Source: Tubiluchus corallicola
Taxonomy: Eukaryota > Animalia > Priapulida
Length of the DNA stretch: 64,000 bases
Reading direction: 5' to 3'
Assembly (NCBI GenBank): GCA_030141605.1
Contig: JAQGDQ010002367.1
Span: forward strand, 248,001 to 312,000
Under the pieces are notes generated by a model. That model searched no databases, was not told the origin of the DNA, and saw only the letters and a program-made list of their open reading frames with translations. The first letter of the stretch is position 1. Every line of letters begins with the position of its first letter. This document shows, piece by piece, positions 1-14,200 of the stretch. The position numbers were made by a program, and so were the translations under genes.

Positions 1-175
1 TCAACTCCTTGCTGCCACTACACTCTGATACAAAAAACTACTCTGTACAAAAAATGAACATGTCGTTAGCTGAGGTTAGTTTTACAGCATTCATTTAATT
101 AAGTATAAATGTTAACATACAGACCAAATCCAACTTGAAAATGTTTTCATTACGGATTTTTTCAATTTTGCGTAG

Positions 176-1538
176 GACCAACAAGTGCTCACGGATTGTC
201 ACCTGCCATTAGTAAAAGTGACACAGAGCTGTCTCGATCTACCTCCAGTGCAGTGTCAGCCATCTTAGCAAGACCACAGAGCGCATTAGCTACTTGTGGT
301 AAGTAAACATAGATTAAAATTTTCAAAACACTGCCAATATTTCTCACTTAATCTCTCCTTTTAGTTATAATGCTGAAATGTTTGCTAATACACACTTAGG
401 ATATATTGTGCAGTGCATTCCTAAAACATGACTGTAACTGTTTGTTCCTTAAATCGGTTATTACTGCTAGTGCACTTGGTTAATGCAAAATACCTTTGTT
501 ATCATAGGTTTTTACAGTAGACATGCGCACCTTGCACCTGACAGTAATGACTACAGTGAGCTTACTAAAGGTGGTGCAGTAGTAAGTGGCAGCTTACTTC
601 GGACACGTAATAAGTGTTGGCAGGCTTCTTTCGCTGCAGATACATCAGATGCTACTGGTGAAACTGAAACAAGTCAAAAATTCCTTCACCAGTCTAGTTT
701 TGGGGGTCAGTTTTCTGATAGTAATGGACAAGATGAAGTTAAGTAAGTATTAATAATTATACTCAGCCAAAATCTGAAATTTGAAGCATTTGCTTTATTT
801 TTTTAGTTTTGATGAGCTTTGAGTTGTCGGTGTTGGGATCATTTTTCAAAGAAATTTTATACTGGATATTTTACTAAAAAATTCAAACTAATTGCCATAA
901 TTTTGATACGATTAGGTCGCAGGACACAGAAACTGCATCTGTAGTCAGGGCAAGTTGGGATTCATCCTGCGTAAACTCACCAGATACATCTACTTCCCCA
1001 ATTTCTGGAAGTTCTGTGCATTCACCGTCACCCCCGCCATCAAAAGAAGGTACGGTACCTTTTTTAAAAAAATAATTCTCAAGAGAAACGTAACTGCTTA
1101 TGTGTGAATGAATATTAACGACAGATTAAAGTTATGTCAGAAAGCTGTGTACTTATTTTAGGTTCTAAGACTGCAAGCGCGTTGAAGAAATTGCACAAAA
1201 AAAGATTGACTCCAGTCAAACACACAGTAGTAGTTCCAATAAATATAAAATCTAATGCAATGAAACCACTCAAAATACCTTCTACAAAAAAATCAACAAC
1301 AGTTAAAAATAAATGCCATCAAAAAGATCAGAAGAAAACATCAAGTCCAAGAAAGAGAGAAGTGCCTAAGAAACAGTGCCAAGTGAATGCATCTTTAGAA
1401 CATGTGGTAACACTAGATATGGCCGATGACAGTGACTGTGCATGCTTTAGGTATGGTGAAGTTTGCACAGTGCCTTCTCATAGAAAACTCTCACCACATG
1501 AACTGCCTAAATTGAAAGATGCAATCGAATTTCGATGA
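176..1538 (+). CDS. 3' part of an unidentified multi-exon gene (Ser/Pro-rich, basic, low-complexity C-terminus); 5' exons not resolved or outside the window
   Basis: Phase-consistent GT-AG exons 176-298 (PTSAHGLSPAISKS...), 508-742, 916-1049 (SQDTETASVVRASWDSS...PSPPPSKE) and 1162-1538 (GSKTASALKK...CACFRYGEVCTVPSH...DAIEFR*). AATAAA at 1706 and 1811. No family recognised. Confidence 0.7.
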
Positions 1539-2295
1539 CTGTTTGCTCAAATTGTGCAGTATTGCAGAAAGAAACATATGACTTGTCAAAAATGACAAAA
1601 ACAGCAAGTCTAAATGCTAAAGATTTCTTAATGCTACTGTGTTATAATGTTATAAATATTTTTTAGTTACACGAGTGTTATGAATATTTTTTGTTATACG
1701 AATGTAATAAATGTATTCATTAAAATTGTTATGTTACACAGTAAAGAATTGAGTTTTGTATTACACATAGTGACTATCCATAATAGTTACGTCAATTTAG
1801 AACAAAATAGAATAAAATTTCTTTATTACTAATCGCGGAAGTTTCTACAACACTTTGATACAAAATGCATGATCCTTAAAATGTATTACTGAAAGTTTTA
1901 GATGCATGCTTATTAGAAGGCACGAGCTTCAGACTAGTCCTTCTATGATGCTAACTGACAGCATGATACAAGACCCATTTTCTACCTACTGTTATGCAAG
2001 TAGTGTATCAAGTTGTATCACAATATTGTCATCTAGCAGCTTTCACAGAGCTGCTTCTTTCTGCACCTTAAAGTAAAAAATGTTTATCTTCCAAACATAC
2101 TGCCACTGTCACAGCCACACTGCCACTTGATAATTAACTTCAAATCTTTTATCTTTTACATTGTTACAATAAGTTGCACAGTTCAGGTTTTACTTATTAC
2201 TTTTTAGCTTATTGTGTAATTAAAAGTAACAAAAAAAAATCCATCAAGCATGTAGAACCAGTCGAACAAGATACCAAAACAAATTCTGATGAGCG

Positions 2296-5200
2296 TTACG
2301 CAGATACATCTAGTCGAGCAGGTTTGCAGGCCTGTCTAATGCTCATCTCCTGAAAACAAACATAAAAGAACATGGTAAAGACTTGAAAGGGCCAAAATGT
2401 TTTTGTACGTATAAAATCATACCACTAATACAACTTTATAACATGATCCACACTCAAGTTCCCGAATTTTATTTATCTGCTGGTCCGAATCGCTAAAAAT
2501 GGTAATGACCCACCTTTTTACAAAAATCACAATTTCTTAATTATATAAAAAGCTAACATAATTTATAACTGTTTATGCTGCATTAATATAGCTTAACTTG
2601 AGCATTAAGCAGATAATGATGCACATTCTTTTTGATATGGCATTATTTTTTTTGTTGTGCCCATTGCAAACCTAAGTGCAATCTGTCGAGCTGTGTTGTT
2701 AAATTTTAACAGTTATGAGTCTAAGATGCTTCACATGACCATTGGTAAAGCCTGCCAATGGCAGAAATGTAACTCTATTACTAAAATCAATTTAAACTAG
2801 AGTGGCTTCAGTAGACGGCATCCCTGGAGGCTGCCAAGTGAGATTTACATATTTTGAGATCCTTGGAATTTATGCAAAGATGTATTTTCTGCACTAACAC
2901 TTAAAGTGACATTAAATTTTTGTGAAAAGGCAGGTGCCGACATAAAGAACATCTGGTTAGTGAGTTAGAATTCGACGTATAGGCCTAGTATAATATTCGA
3001 AGGCAAAACTCGAATGTTATTTTTGGTAGGGAAAACTTCAAACGGGTCTGAGTTATGTTGCGTATGGGTTTAAAACTTTACATAAAAATGTAAATTCACG
3101 TACAAATGTACTCGAAGACACATACGTGAACCACAGTTATGTGGTACGGGTTTAAAGTGAACATACACGGAGACTACCCTAAAAATGTGCATTCCGTATA
3201 GAGGACATTGATACCCACTGTAATTTTCACTTAAAATTATACTAAATATCTGTGAAAGACAAGTACCATCATAATGTATCTGAATACAAACAGAACACAA
3301 AGACACACCATCGTCAAAAATTCTTATCTGACTTCAGTATAATTGACTTTTCGCTATAATGGACTTATTTTCTGCTCCCTAGTGCATTTTCTTCCCCGCT
3401 ATAATGGACCCATGTATAATGGATCCACATGTGATCGCAGTTTATGCTGGTACACTATAGGTGCTGTGTTGCTCGTTTCGGAGCGTAGACTTTCCGGGAA
3501 TATCCAGGTCAGCTTCAGCTTTCCGGGAAGGTTCATCACGGCAAGTTGGCCCATTTGGCACTTTTTGGGAATAAAAATTTGGCATTTGATCAAGGAATCA
3601 TCGAGAATTGTAAGAGGAAGTATCGAACAGCGATATTGCGGAGAATGATAGCCGATATCGAAGCTGGCAAGCAAACGAAAATTGATCTTAGAGATGCAGC
3701 AACGTACATAGGAAAGTGCTGGAAAGACGTGTCCGTTTCCTCTATTGCCAACTGCTTTCGCAAAGCGGGCTTCAATTTCCCGATCGACAATAATGCTGAA
3801 CCGGTGGCAACCGTCACTGACGATACCGCAGAGATGTCTATACAAGAAAGAAACGTTTGGGACTTCATCGCCATTGAACTAAACTTATCGGAAACAACGT
3901 TCGAGAAGCATGTGAGTTGTGATTCGGAGCTGGCTACAGACGAGAGTGACTTGACCGAGAGAGAGAGAGATCATACAGTACGTTACAGACGTGAATGATG
4001 GCGGTGAGCAGCACCAGCCAGAGACTGAAAGTGACGTTACTGTAACTCAAACCTGTTCAGGGAGTGAAGCGATGGAGCACCTCAGATATGTGCGAGACTT
4101 CTGTCTAAATAAAGGAATTGACAGACTCGATCTGATCGCTGAGCGAGAACAGAACATTACCACGAAGATTGCGAGTGATGCTGGCACGAAAAAACAGGCA
4201 AAAATCACAGATTTTTTTGGACAGTAGCTGACTAATTCCTCTAACAAAATTATAGATTCAGCCTTGTATCAAATATGGCATTTGAATAAAACCGTTTGAC
4301 GTTCGATTATAAACATTATTTCATTTTACTGTTGATTTCTATGATCCTATTGTATCTATTGTAGGGTAGTCTGGCTTCAGATATGGTACCCCTCGGTATA
4401 ATGGACTTTTTGAGCGCTCCCTTAAAGTCCATTATAGCGAGGTTTGACTGTATATAAATAGCTTACCTACGCACTGAGTATGGCTGTTACCAGTGGATAG
4501 ATAGCTTACCCATGTAATGAGTATGGCTGTTACCAGTGGATAGATAGCTTACCCATGCAATGAGTACGGCTGTTACCAGTGGATAGATAGCTTACCCATG
4601 CAATGAGTATGGCTGTTACCAGTGGATAGATAGCTTAACCATGCAATGAACATGGCTGTTATCAGTGGATAGGTAGCTTACCCAAGCATTGAGTATCGCT
4701 GTTATGGAATACTTGTGTGGCATTTTACCCAGCTGCTTCTGCAGGGATTTCCCCACAGCTTTTAGAAATGGAGTTGAGCCTGAAATATAGAAAAACAAAT
4801 TCAGTTCTAAATCTAATGTGATTACAACTATATATTGTTACAATAATGAAAACTGACATAAAGACAATTGAAAGGACTGTTTAACTTCTGTAATACTCTT
4901 AATTACTTTACTAATTATTTCTGTGACATCAAACATAATTATTTCCTGATAATTGTCAATTAGTAGCAAAGACAATGTTGATATCACTCCATATGATGGC
5001 AATTAATAGCCAATATTGTGTCTAATAAAGTATGAACAATACTCAAAGGAATCATGATTAGAAATATGATATTACCATAATCTTGTGATCTGATCTCACA
5101 TTGAGGACTAGAGTCAGGATAATTGCCAGGCACCACAATGCCTATTGGTGGGACAGCTGGTAACTGCGAGCACTGCAATTTACAAACTAGGTGCACTGTG

Positions 5201-8200
5201 CTCGATTGAGGATGATGCAGGTTGTCTAGATTTACTCGGAATCTCTCATCCAGTTGAGCAACTTCACCTTGCAAAACATCTGGTATTTCATCATTCTCTT
5301 CCTCTTCATCAGATGAAGTCCTCTGACGTTTGGTAGGTGGTGAAGGTGCCCTGTGGATACAAAGTGAACTCTATTAGTTACTTGAAACAAAGTATGCTTT
5401 AAAAACATAGGCGCTGATCTTGTGGATATTAAAAGTTTAAAAATATCATGTGAACAGTGTTAATATTAGTTTCACTCTGAAATTTAGTATAGGCATAAAA
5501 ACAGTGGCCACGTGAACAATGTTTTACTAAGATGGTGGTAAGTCTGACCTAAGCAGCTACCTTGACTAAATGTAACTTTGACTAAATGACCAAAACCCAG
5601 TTTGAATAAAGAATCAAGGATTCACATTCTGTTTATCAAATTTCAGCCTTGTCCCAGGAAATAACAATGCCAAGTATCCAATAAAATGAAATTAAGATTT
5701 TTATTTAAAGTGGGAAAGGGTTAAAGGTATATGAAAAATTTGTCATTAAAATGAATGATTGCTAAACAATAAATGCTTGGAGAGTCGTTATACAAGTGTG
5801 TTTGAGTGGCAGTGGCAAATGAAGACGACGACAAATGGGTTTTATGTGGTACACCTATGAGTTCATCTTGGTGTGAACATCATACTAATAATGTTGTGGA
5901 AATTTTTACAGATAAATAAATACGTCATCAACATCATTATGTAACTGTAATTGATAGGTATTGTTAATTGGTCAGCATTTCACGGAATGCAAACATTTGA
6001 ACTAAATAAGTAGAGAAGGTTAAAAAAATCTACTCGTCTAGTGGGGACATGACATTTGGGCATGAGACATTGGGGTGCCAATGCCGACATAAGTTACATC
6101 CAAAGTGACTCGACCAATCTAGCTAGTCCTTTTTCAGTTGACAACTAGTTATAAGCAACTAATGAACTAAACAACACATTCTATATCAGTTTCTTCTATA
6201 GCACACCAAACATACATTGAATATAGTACTGGATATAATACTAGTTAAATTACTGCACTAGTTGTACTCGCACTAAATTTTAATGTTGCATAGATTTTTT
6301 GTGATGCACATTTCTGTTATTTACTATTCTTGTGATGCACTAGATTTTTTTGGAAATTAAATGCTTTTGAAATAAAGTGCTAATGTAAACTTGCACTGTG
6401 TTCTTCTACTTCGTTCATTTTAAAAGCCACACAAAAACTACCGAATTAAAAAAATGCAGCCAAATGAATGATTTTAATTCTTATAACGTATATTACTGCA
6501 TATGTGTAATTGTGGTGCAATCATGACTGTTAAAAAATATTTTGACAATTTGGTTATTATAGTAAATCATAAAAAATTTATTTAACAAAAATGAAAAATT
6601 AGGTGTAAATTTTACTGATATTCTGTTCAAATGTCTTGTGCCAAAGTGTCACTTACCCTCATCTGACAGTTGAGTTAGGAAAAATACGGAAAAGCCAATT
6701 GTTGTTGTGTCAGTAATAGCTGGCATGTTGGATGTGTTGAGGGAGCTCTAGATAAATGCATTGGAAAGATTAGCAATTACAAGGAGTGTAAATAGCAGAG
6801 GGTACAGAAGCAAGCCATTTTGGGATCAGCATACATCCTGCGATGGTATTTGTAGGGCTTATAGAGCCCTGGATAGACTTCACTTTGCAAGTGATGATAA
6901 AACAGTTTCGGGGGTGTAATACATTAATAGCAATAATGTCCTCAGCAATTTATTTTAATAACAGAGTTTGTTTTCAATTTGCAGAGGCAGAGAGCACTAG
7001 CTCATCTCTAAGATTTTTACAGAATCATCATGAAAAAGCCAATAAGCATGTTTATGTACCTTATAGGTGGTCCACATAGTGCAGCAAGTGATGGACCAAA
7101 CGTTCTCTGTAATGTATGGTTCAATATTGGCTTATTTAAATGAGCATGTAAGGCATCCAGTAATGGCTGAAACATGTTCTGTTCTTGCAGACGATCCTGC
7201 TTTATCATTAGAACTGGAAATTGTGCTGTTTGCTGCTGTTGTTGTTGCTGCTGCTGCTGTTGATGCAGCAGCTGTTGTTGTTGGGACTGTTGCTGTTGCA
7301 CTGGCTGTTGTGACTGGCTCTGTAAAAAAACAAGAATTTTGTTTCCTGTTTTAATAAAGAAATATGTATTTTTTAACATCACTAAAACATTTGGAGATTG
7401 ATGAAAATTTACGACATCAGTAAAATTGGATCGTAAGCCTAACAAGTAATGTGACATGTTTACACCATTCTGTAAATTTGTATAAGGTGTTTTTTGTTGA
7501 ATAGACTAGCAATTTTTATACAGTTTGACACTTCCCAAGACACAAATAAAAAATTAAATGTATCAACGTAAAGAGTAAAGTGTGTTTGTACCCACTTAAT
7601 CAAAACTAAAAAATATTTATTTGTTTAGAAAAAGACCTAGACTACCTTAATAGCATAAAGTGCAGTACAACGCACTCCCAACACAGCATATGTTGCTCGC
7701 GAACCACGTACAAGTAATAATAGTAAGTTAGTTGTTTATGCATTTGCCTAACCCAGGTACGATTCTTATCATACTACTTTTGCAATTTTTCGCTCAAAAA
7801 CTTAATCTAACAGGTTAGTAATATTACCAGTAATTGGAAACCCAGTTTCGCTGTACAGAAATGAAATTTACAGGTAACATAATAATCATCATTCTACTTT
7901 GTTACATTCCTATATACTGTTTACACAGTATTAAGTTTTGAAACCAAATGAAATCAAATAAACCTAACAATGTATCAAAATATTTCATTTTCTGGTAATT
8001 TTTGTTAAACATTTTTAAGACAATTAACAGTCAAAACAAGCAGTTGTTTAATATATAAAATTCTATGTTCCTCTATTGTCCTCTATTTAATACAGTAGGG
8101 CTCTCTGCATGCAATACTCATAAGTTTGACCCACTAATTGCTAGTTAAATTAATAACGAGTGTAATGCTAATTCACAATCTAAACTTATTTGTAACAGCC

Positions 8201-11200
8201 TTTGTGTTAATTGTTTTAATTTATTTTAATTACCACATCACAAATTCATATATTTACAAGTTCTGTTCATTTTAATTCTAACAGCAGGCAATTTCATAAA
8301 ACCCACAACTTTTTATTAGTTTCATTAACCAAACCATAAACCTCAAGCTGCATTCAAGCATGCAGATTGCACTACTTGAGATTTCTTAATGGTAGCTACA
8401 CAGAAGATATCAGAAATTTAATTTACTTCTGCTTCACGACCTTAGAAAACTTGTATTACTTGAATAAAATTATTTTAAAATTGTTTGTGCATCTTAAAAT
8501 ATTGTAACCTGTAGATTAAAAGTGAAGGAATTTCTTTTTCTCATCCCTAGACTCTTAATTACAAAGTCAGCAGCAAAAAGTAATGCTTAGTTATGGAGGA
8601 GAGTGACACATAGTGCTGATATCAATGACTATAAAATTGATTAGTAGCATTTAGCCCGTTACACAGAATGCTGAACACTGCTTAACAGAAACAACTGCTT
8701 TATTAGAGTAAAAACATTAAAAAGCAAAACTGAATATACCTGATCTCTTAACAAGTCCATTTTTTCTAAAACTTGTTCACATTGAATTAAGACATGTAAC
8801 TGGGTACGACGTTTAGGATTAGTTAAGAGTCCCAGTAAAGACTTAAGTTTGCTCTGGTCACGTTTGCCTTCTGCAAAAAATTCAGTTGCACTAGATTTTA
8901 TTGTATAACGTCTGCAAAAAGTATTTAATACAGTCAATAATAAAGATAAAAATCAGATTCTTCATCTTAAATTCAAATTTACATTCCATTTTAGTAACGT
9001 TACCCACTAAAATTCTTAATCAACAGTAAATATATTGTTTAGAGAAATGCTAAGTAATAACTGAATTGACTAAATAAAAGGTTGATTAGTAAGGAGTAAC
9101 AAGACAGGGCAGTAACACACTTTTATTGAAAAGCTTATTACCTCAATTCTAAATAACTCTAGAAAACTATAAGAATCTGAATGGTTGACGATAGCCCTTC
9201 ACTTTGCTTATTGGCGCACACGTTAGGGTAAAAGATGCTAGTACACTAAAGCAAAGTAAAATATGTCAGGGATAGAGATTGTGCAGGTTAGTACATGGTT
9301 TAAAAGAGGTACAAGTGGTTAAATGCTGATAAGTGTCAGAGTGCCCTTAGAAACATGGGGTGTTGGTGCTTCTACAAGAAGGTCTTAGGACTTAATAATT
9401 AAATTTTAATTACTTTCTGTCTTAAAAAATCTTCTATCCCATTAATATGCATGGTGATTGATCACAATATGTCAAAGTAAATGCCCAGTTGATTTTCAAA
9501 TAACATTCAACTAACACCATTCGACTCACTTCCTCACAAAATTTAATTGACGTACCACAAGCCATGGCATAGCAACATCAAACAGACATATACAATTGCG
9601 ATGTTGCAAACCTCGAGTTAAACATTTTCCCAACCATGTACTTGATTACTTGCTGGAGGTAAGTAACCAAAACTGAGTTTTTCTCTCAAGCATTTCGAGT
9701 TTGTCTGTTTTTACCTTACCTTTTCCATCTCCTTTCTCAGACTGTGCAATTAATTCTTGTAGTGGCTCAATATACTTTGATAACTGCTGAAGTTTGTCCC
9801 AGTAAGCCTGTTCCTCAGCAGAAGGCGGAGCTGGACTTGCACTCTGTGCTCCTGAAACTTAATATATCAATTATTGCACTGTGGTCAGATGTATGCACAT
9901 CCTCCCTGCACAAAACTAATAACCAGAAGCGGAATCCCAATAGCAACTTGGCAAGAGACAATATTAAATCCATTTATTAACGAAATTGAACGATGCTTAA
10001 CTTTAACTGATAAGTATATGCTGTGACTACTCAGCCCATCCAATCCAATTGTTCTCCTAATAGTGTTCTTCTCAACATTCCAAAAAATACTGGACATACA
10101 AATCGTAGTAACATTAACAATATAAAATAACAGTAGTAGCAATACTTTTGCTGACTATGAGCTCTTGATTATGTATAACAGAGAATATTATTCAACTTGC
10201 TTTTTCCTTTAACTAAATCTAGTACAATTTCCTCTAATCTGAAAAAAATCATCCAGTTGTAACATTTATTTACTTTGAGACCAGCAACAAATTATTTGCA
10301 ATTGGCAAAATAAATTAGAAATGCAAAAAAATTGTTCCTCCAATCAGAGTGAAACGTAGTTTTCAGCATTAGGGCAAGAAAGCAGTATACAACAAAAAAG
10401 CTTTACTTTCTCAGACTTTCACAAACATTTATTGTACAAACTACGATATATTTACGTGGAGTGTTCAGCATTCCAGCACTGGGTGAAGGCACAGGTCGTC
10501 CTATACCACCAGCAGGTGACAGTGCAGTGCCTGGGCCCGGCGAAGGTGTTGGGCCCATATTAGGGCTTGGTGATGGAATCATTTGTGATCTGGAAGTAGA
10601 ATATTATATTTCTGGTACTTAGAGCACTTAAAACAGCCCTATTGCAAATATAATTAAACTCGAATACACATGTTAATCTTTACAAATCATGTGGCAGTTA
10701 GGGAACAATTTTTACATTTGTCAGGAACCATTTTTGTGACTACCGTACTTGCATAATTATCCTATTACATCAATAAATCTGACCAGAATGTAAAGAATGG
10801 TAAAGAATGTGCTTTTCAGCTCAGTAAGCAATACGCCGTATAGTGTGGGAGCTACAGTAAAAGAAAACAAAAGAAAAGAACTAGGGATAAAGCTAAAGAA
10901 GAATAAAGGACAACAAGATATTAAATATCAACACATTACTTGTGTCTGAAGTAATATGTTGAGAAATATGGAGATTTCTCACTGGAGAACTTTCTTTAGT
11001 GCTTAACTATTAAATAGTGGGGATGCAACTGAGGAAACAACAAAACAACAACACGTTGCATTCCATTAGGTTTTAATAAAACCAAGCTTCCTAGCTTCAT
11101 TTTATGCTCTCACTTTTAAAACAGGAAAAAATACAAGGCTTCTATTTAGTATTCAAGATGGCTACCAAAAATACAAAAATGATATATTTTAGCAGCTCAC

Positions 11201-14200
11201 TAACCAAAAGAAACAAATAGCCAAATCTGTTTATGAGTCAAGAAAAATATTAAACTCTTTAGTGATGTCACCAATGATTTAAAAACTTCTAGTGCTAGAA
11301 TGGAAAAAATGAAAAAATACTATGACTCAGTAAACCAGGTATTCAAATCACTTCAAATAAACAGCTAAATCTGCATTTTTTACGTTTTGGGTTGAAGGAA
11401 AATAATTTTACTAAATTTACTACTGATGTCAGCAAGGCTTTAAAAGGTTAAGATAGCTACCAAGAAACAAAAACAAGATTAATAAAGCAATTTGTAAGCT
11501 AAATGTTTCATTTATCAATCATGTATGAACTGCATTTGGATTTCAACAGAAAAAAGTTAATTACAGATTTACGGATATGTGAATAAATTATTACATTGGC
11601 AAAATTTTTACCCTATGGAAGGTGGCTGCAGTGACTGTGGGCCAGAAGCAGGAGAATGACTCGTTAAACCAGCGGGTGATATTGTAGAACTGAATACTCC
11701 CTATAAAAATAATATGAACTTATAAAGCAATAGCAAAACCAAAATTTCTAGTACAAAGTAGACTTCATATAAGATAATAATTGCTTATTAATAATGGAAA
11801 ATAAAAAAAATAAAATCATGAACAAAATTGAATATTATTAGCTTTATAGTAAAAGACAAGTTCTTTGATGTTTCTCCTTTTTCGATAAAATAAAAAATTA
11901 TAGTAAGAACTATTTGTCAAGAAAAATGTTTGACTGCTGAGCAGACAAGAAAATTGGATCATAAATATGATACCTTCAATATAAATTACAAATCCAAAAT
12001 AGAGCATATGGAAACATGGGTTTATTAAAAAATTGTATGTTTTTGTCAACCTGAGCTACATTCGGTGCAGTTCCAGGTGGAGCCATCTGCTGCTGTACCA
12101 TCTGTTGAGGAGACAGCTGGTATTGTTCTGGGGGTGGTGCACGTTGAGCTGGAATTTGGGCTCTCTGAAAATAATACACAGATGTATAACATTGAAAAAC
12201 ACAAAATCAAGTAAAATAATTGCTCAAGGTGCAACTAAACTGCTTGTGAAAAAAGGTTTTCTATTTTGCCTTTTGCACTGAGCAATATAGTAAGAAAATA
12301 ACGTTCAAGTATCACCTAATAATAGTAGTATTTATAAACACTTGTAGTTTAGCAAGTTTTGAATCAAGTAGTGCTAATGCCACCCAAAGCTCCATATTAG
12401 GACATATAGATTAGGTGGCGCTATCTGTAAATCTGCAATTATACAAAACTTGAGTTGATCATCTTCGTCCCACTAAATCTGGTGAAAACTCCACCAACTT
12501 TGGTAAATGAAACGATTGGATCTTGAAACGAGGCAGACTGCATCAATACAAACTGAAATGAATCAAAACCCAAATCTGATTCATCAAAATGGGTACTGTG
12601 ATTAATTTCATCAGATTTTTGGTTCAAAACCACATAACGTAGGTGGCAGAAATAGGTGTTTTATGAAGCAGTGTTACCACTAATCAACAATATACGTGCA
12701 TTCCACGTAGTGTCTTCAGAGAGTGCTTTGATATATGTTTCTGTAATAGAGGAATTAATATTCACCACAAAAGAAAGCAGAAAAATCAAAGTTATCTCAT
12801 TATTTTTCTACATAACTGAATCAACTGGAGCACATAATCTAGTTAAAATCATGGGCTAAGCACAGATACCAGGATGGATCAAAGCCAATAATTATAACAA
12901 AAATATTCTGTTATTACCTGCATGTGCATTACCTGTCCTGGTGGCATCATTGCCACACCTTGAACCTGCCCCCGGACTCTTGTTAACAAATGATTTCTCA
13001 TTTCTTGAAACTGTTTCCGCTGCTGAGGATTTATTGGGCTCATAACTAAAAACAAACAAAAAAAACATTCAAAACAAACTACCAAAGGTATATTAAAGTA
13101 CGATTGCGGAATGCAGCATTGAAAAAGTTCTAAATTTGAACTCACCACATCTTGAACCATGTCTGTTTTTGAACCAGAAGACAAGTGCAAATCAAAAAGA
13201 ATACAGACTCGTCAGTCGTCAAGGTCGCACGCAATGCCAACACTGCACACATGTAAGCCAGCAAACACACACACAAAAACTAACACTTGGAAAACCTGGA
13301 TTGGTTGAAAACTTATTAGAATTGATTAAAATCTCCTTGATCATGTGCAGCTGTGTGGTTCAGTAGTCATGGCTCTTGCCTGATAATCCAAGAGTCTTCC
13401 TTACAGCCAAGAAGTTCTATTTCAAATGTTTAATATCATGGCTTTAATCCAATCACTGCAATTAAGAACATTAATTGAAAAATAATTAACAGTTTTATGC
13501 ATACCTGCTCTTGGAGTAGGATAAATGTTGGGCTGAGGCTGTGACTGGATAGGCACAACACTTGGTGGACCTTGCATGGACATTGTACTGTGAGAAACTT
13601 GTCCCTGCAACTGATGACCTTGTAATGTACTACTCATGTTTGGCTGCTGGTTTGATAAAGATGTCATCACATGGTCCATTTGTGGCTGTGACATATTAGT
13701 AATAAACTGATGTTGCTGTTGCTGTTGCTGCATTGTGTTCATTGCACTTGGTTGAGATTGAGTTTGAACTGGAACCTGCTGTTGACCATGAATGACCATA
13801 TTTTGTAGCGACTGGCCTTGCATTCCAGGCTGTGGCAGCACTCCCTGCACACCAACCATAACTTGCTATATAATTTTGAATACAGGCAAATAAAATAATG
13901 ACAGCAAGTTATTTTTATGTAAGTAAACCCTAAATTTGAAAATTCAGAAACGTTTACTTTATCTAGAAACATTAGTTTACTTTTATAAACATTTACATTT
14001 GTTTGTTTATCCAAGTTTAACCACTTTTGCTGAAAATCACATTTTTGTTATGTAGATCCACACTAATCACACAAAATCACACTAATTTTTGATTTATAAT
14101 TGCTTAGCGATCATACATTGAATATTTCAAAAAACAAATGTCCCTTTCTCGCTCCTTGGGGTGGGTGCTACCAAAACACGTTTTATAGCAAAATCCTGGA

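Noticed and set aside
1-74. Possible upstream exon of the first gene (GAG|gttagt)
   Set aside because: Its only open frame ends in phase 0 while exon 176-298 needs phase 1, so I could not reconcile them.
13205-13245. Possible MED15 micro/poison exon
   Set aside because: Weak donor and no independent support.
13347-13400. tRNA-like box A sequence
   Set aside because: No box B or cloverleaf; at most a truncated SINE head.
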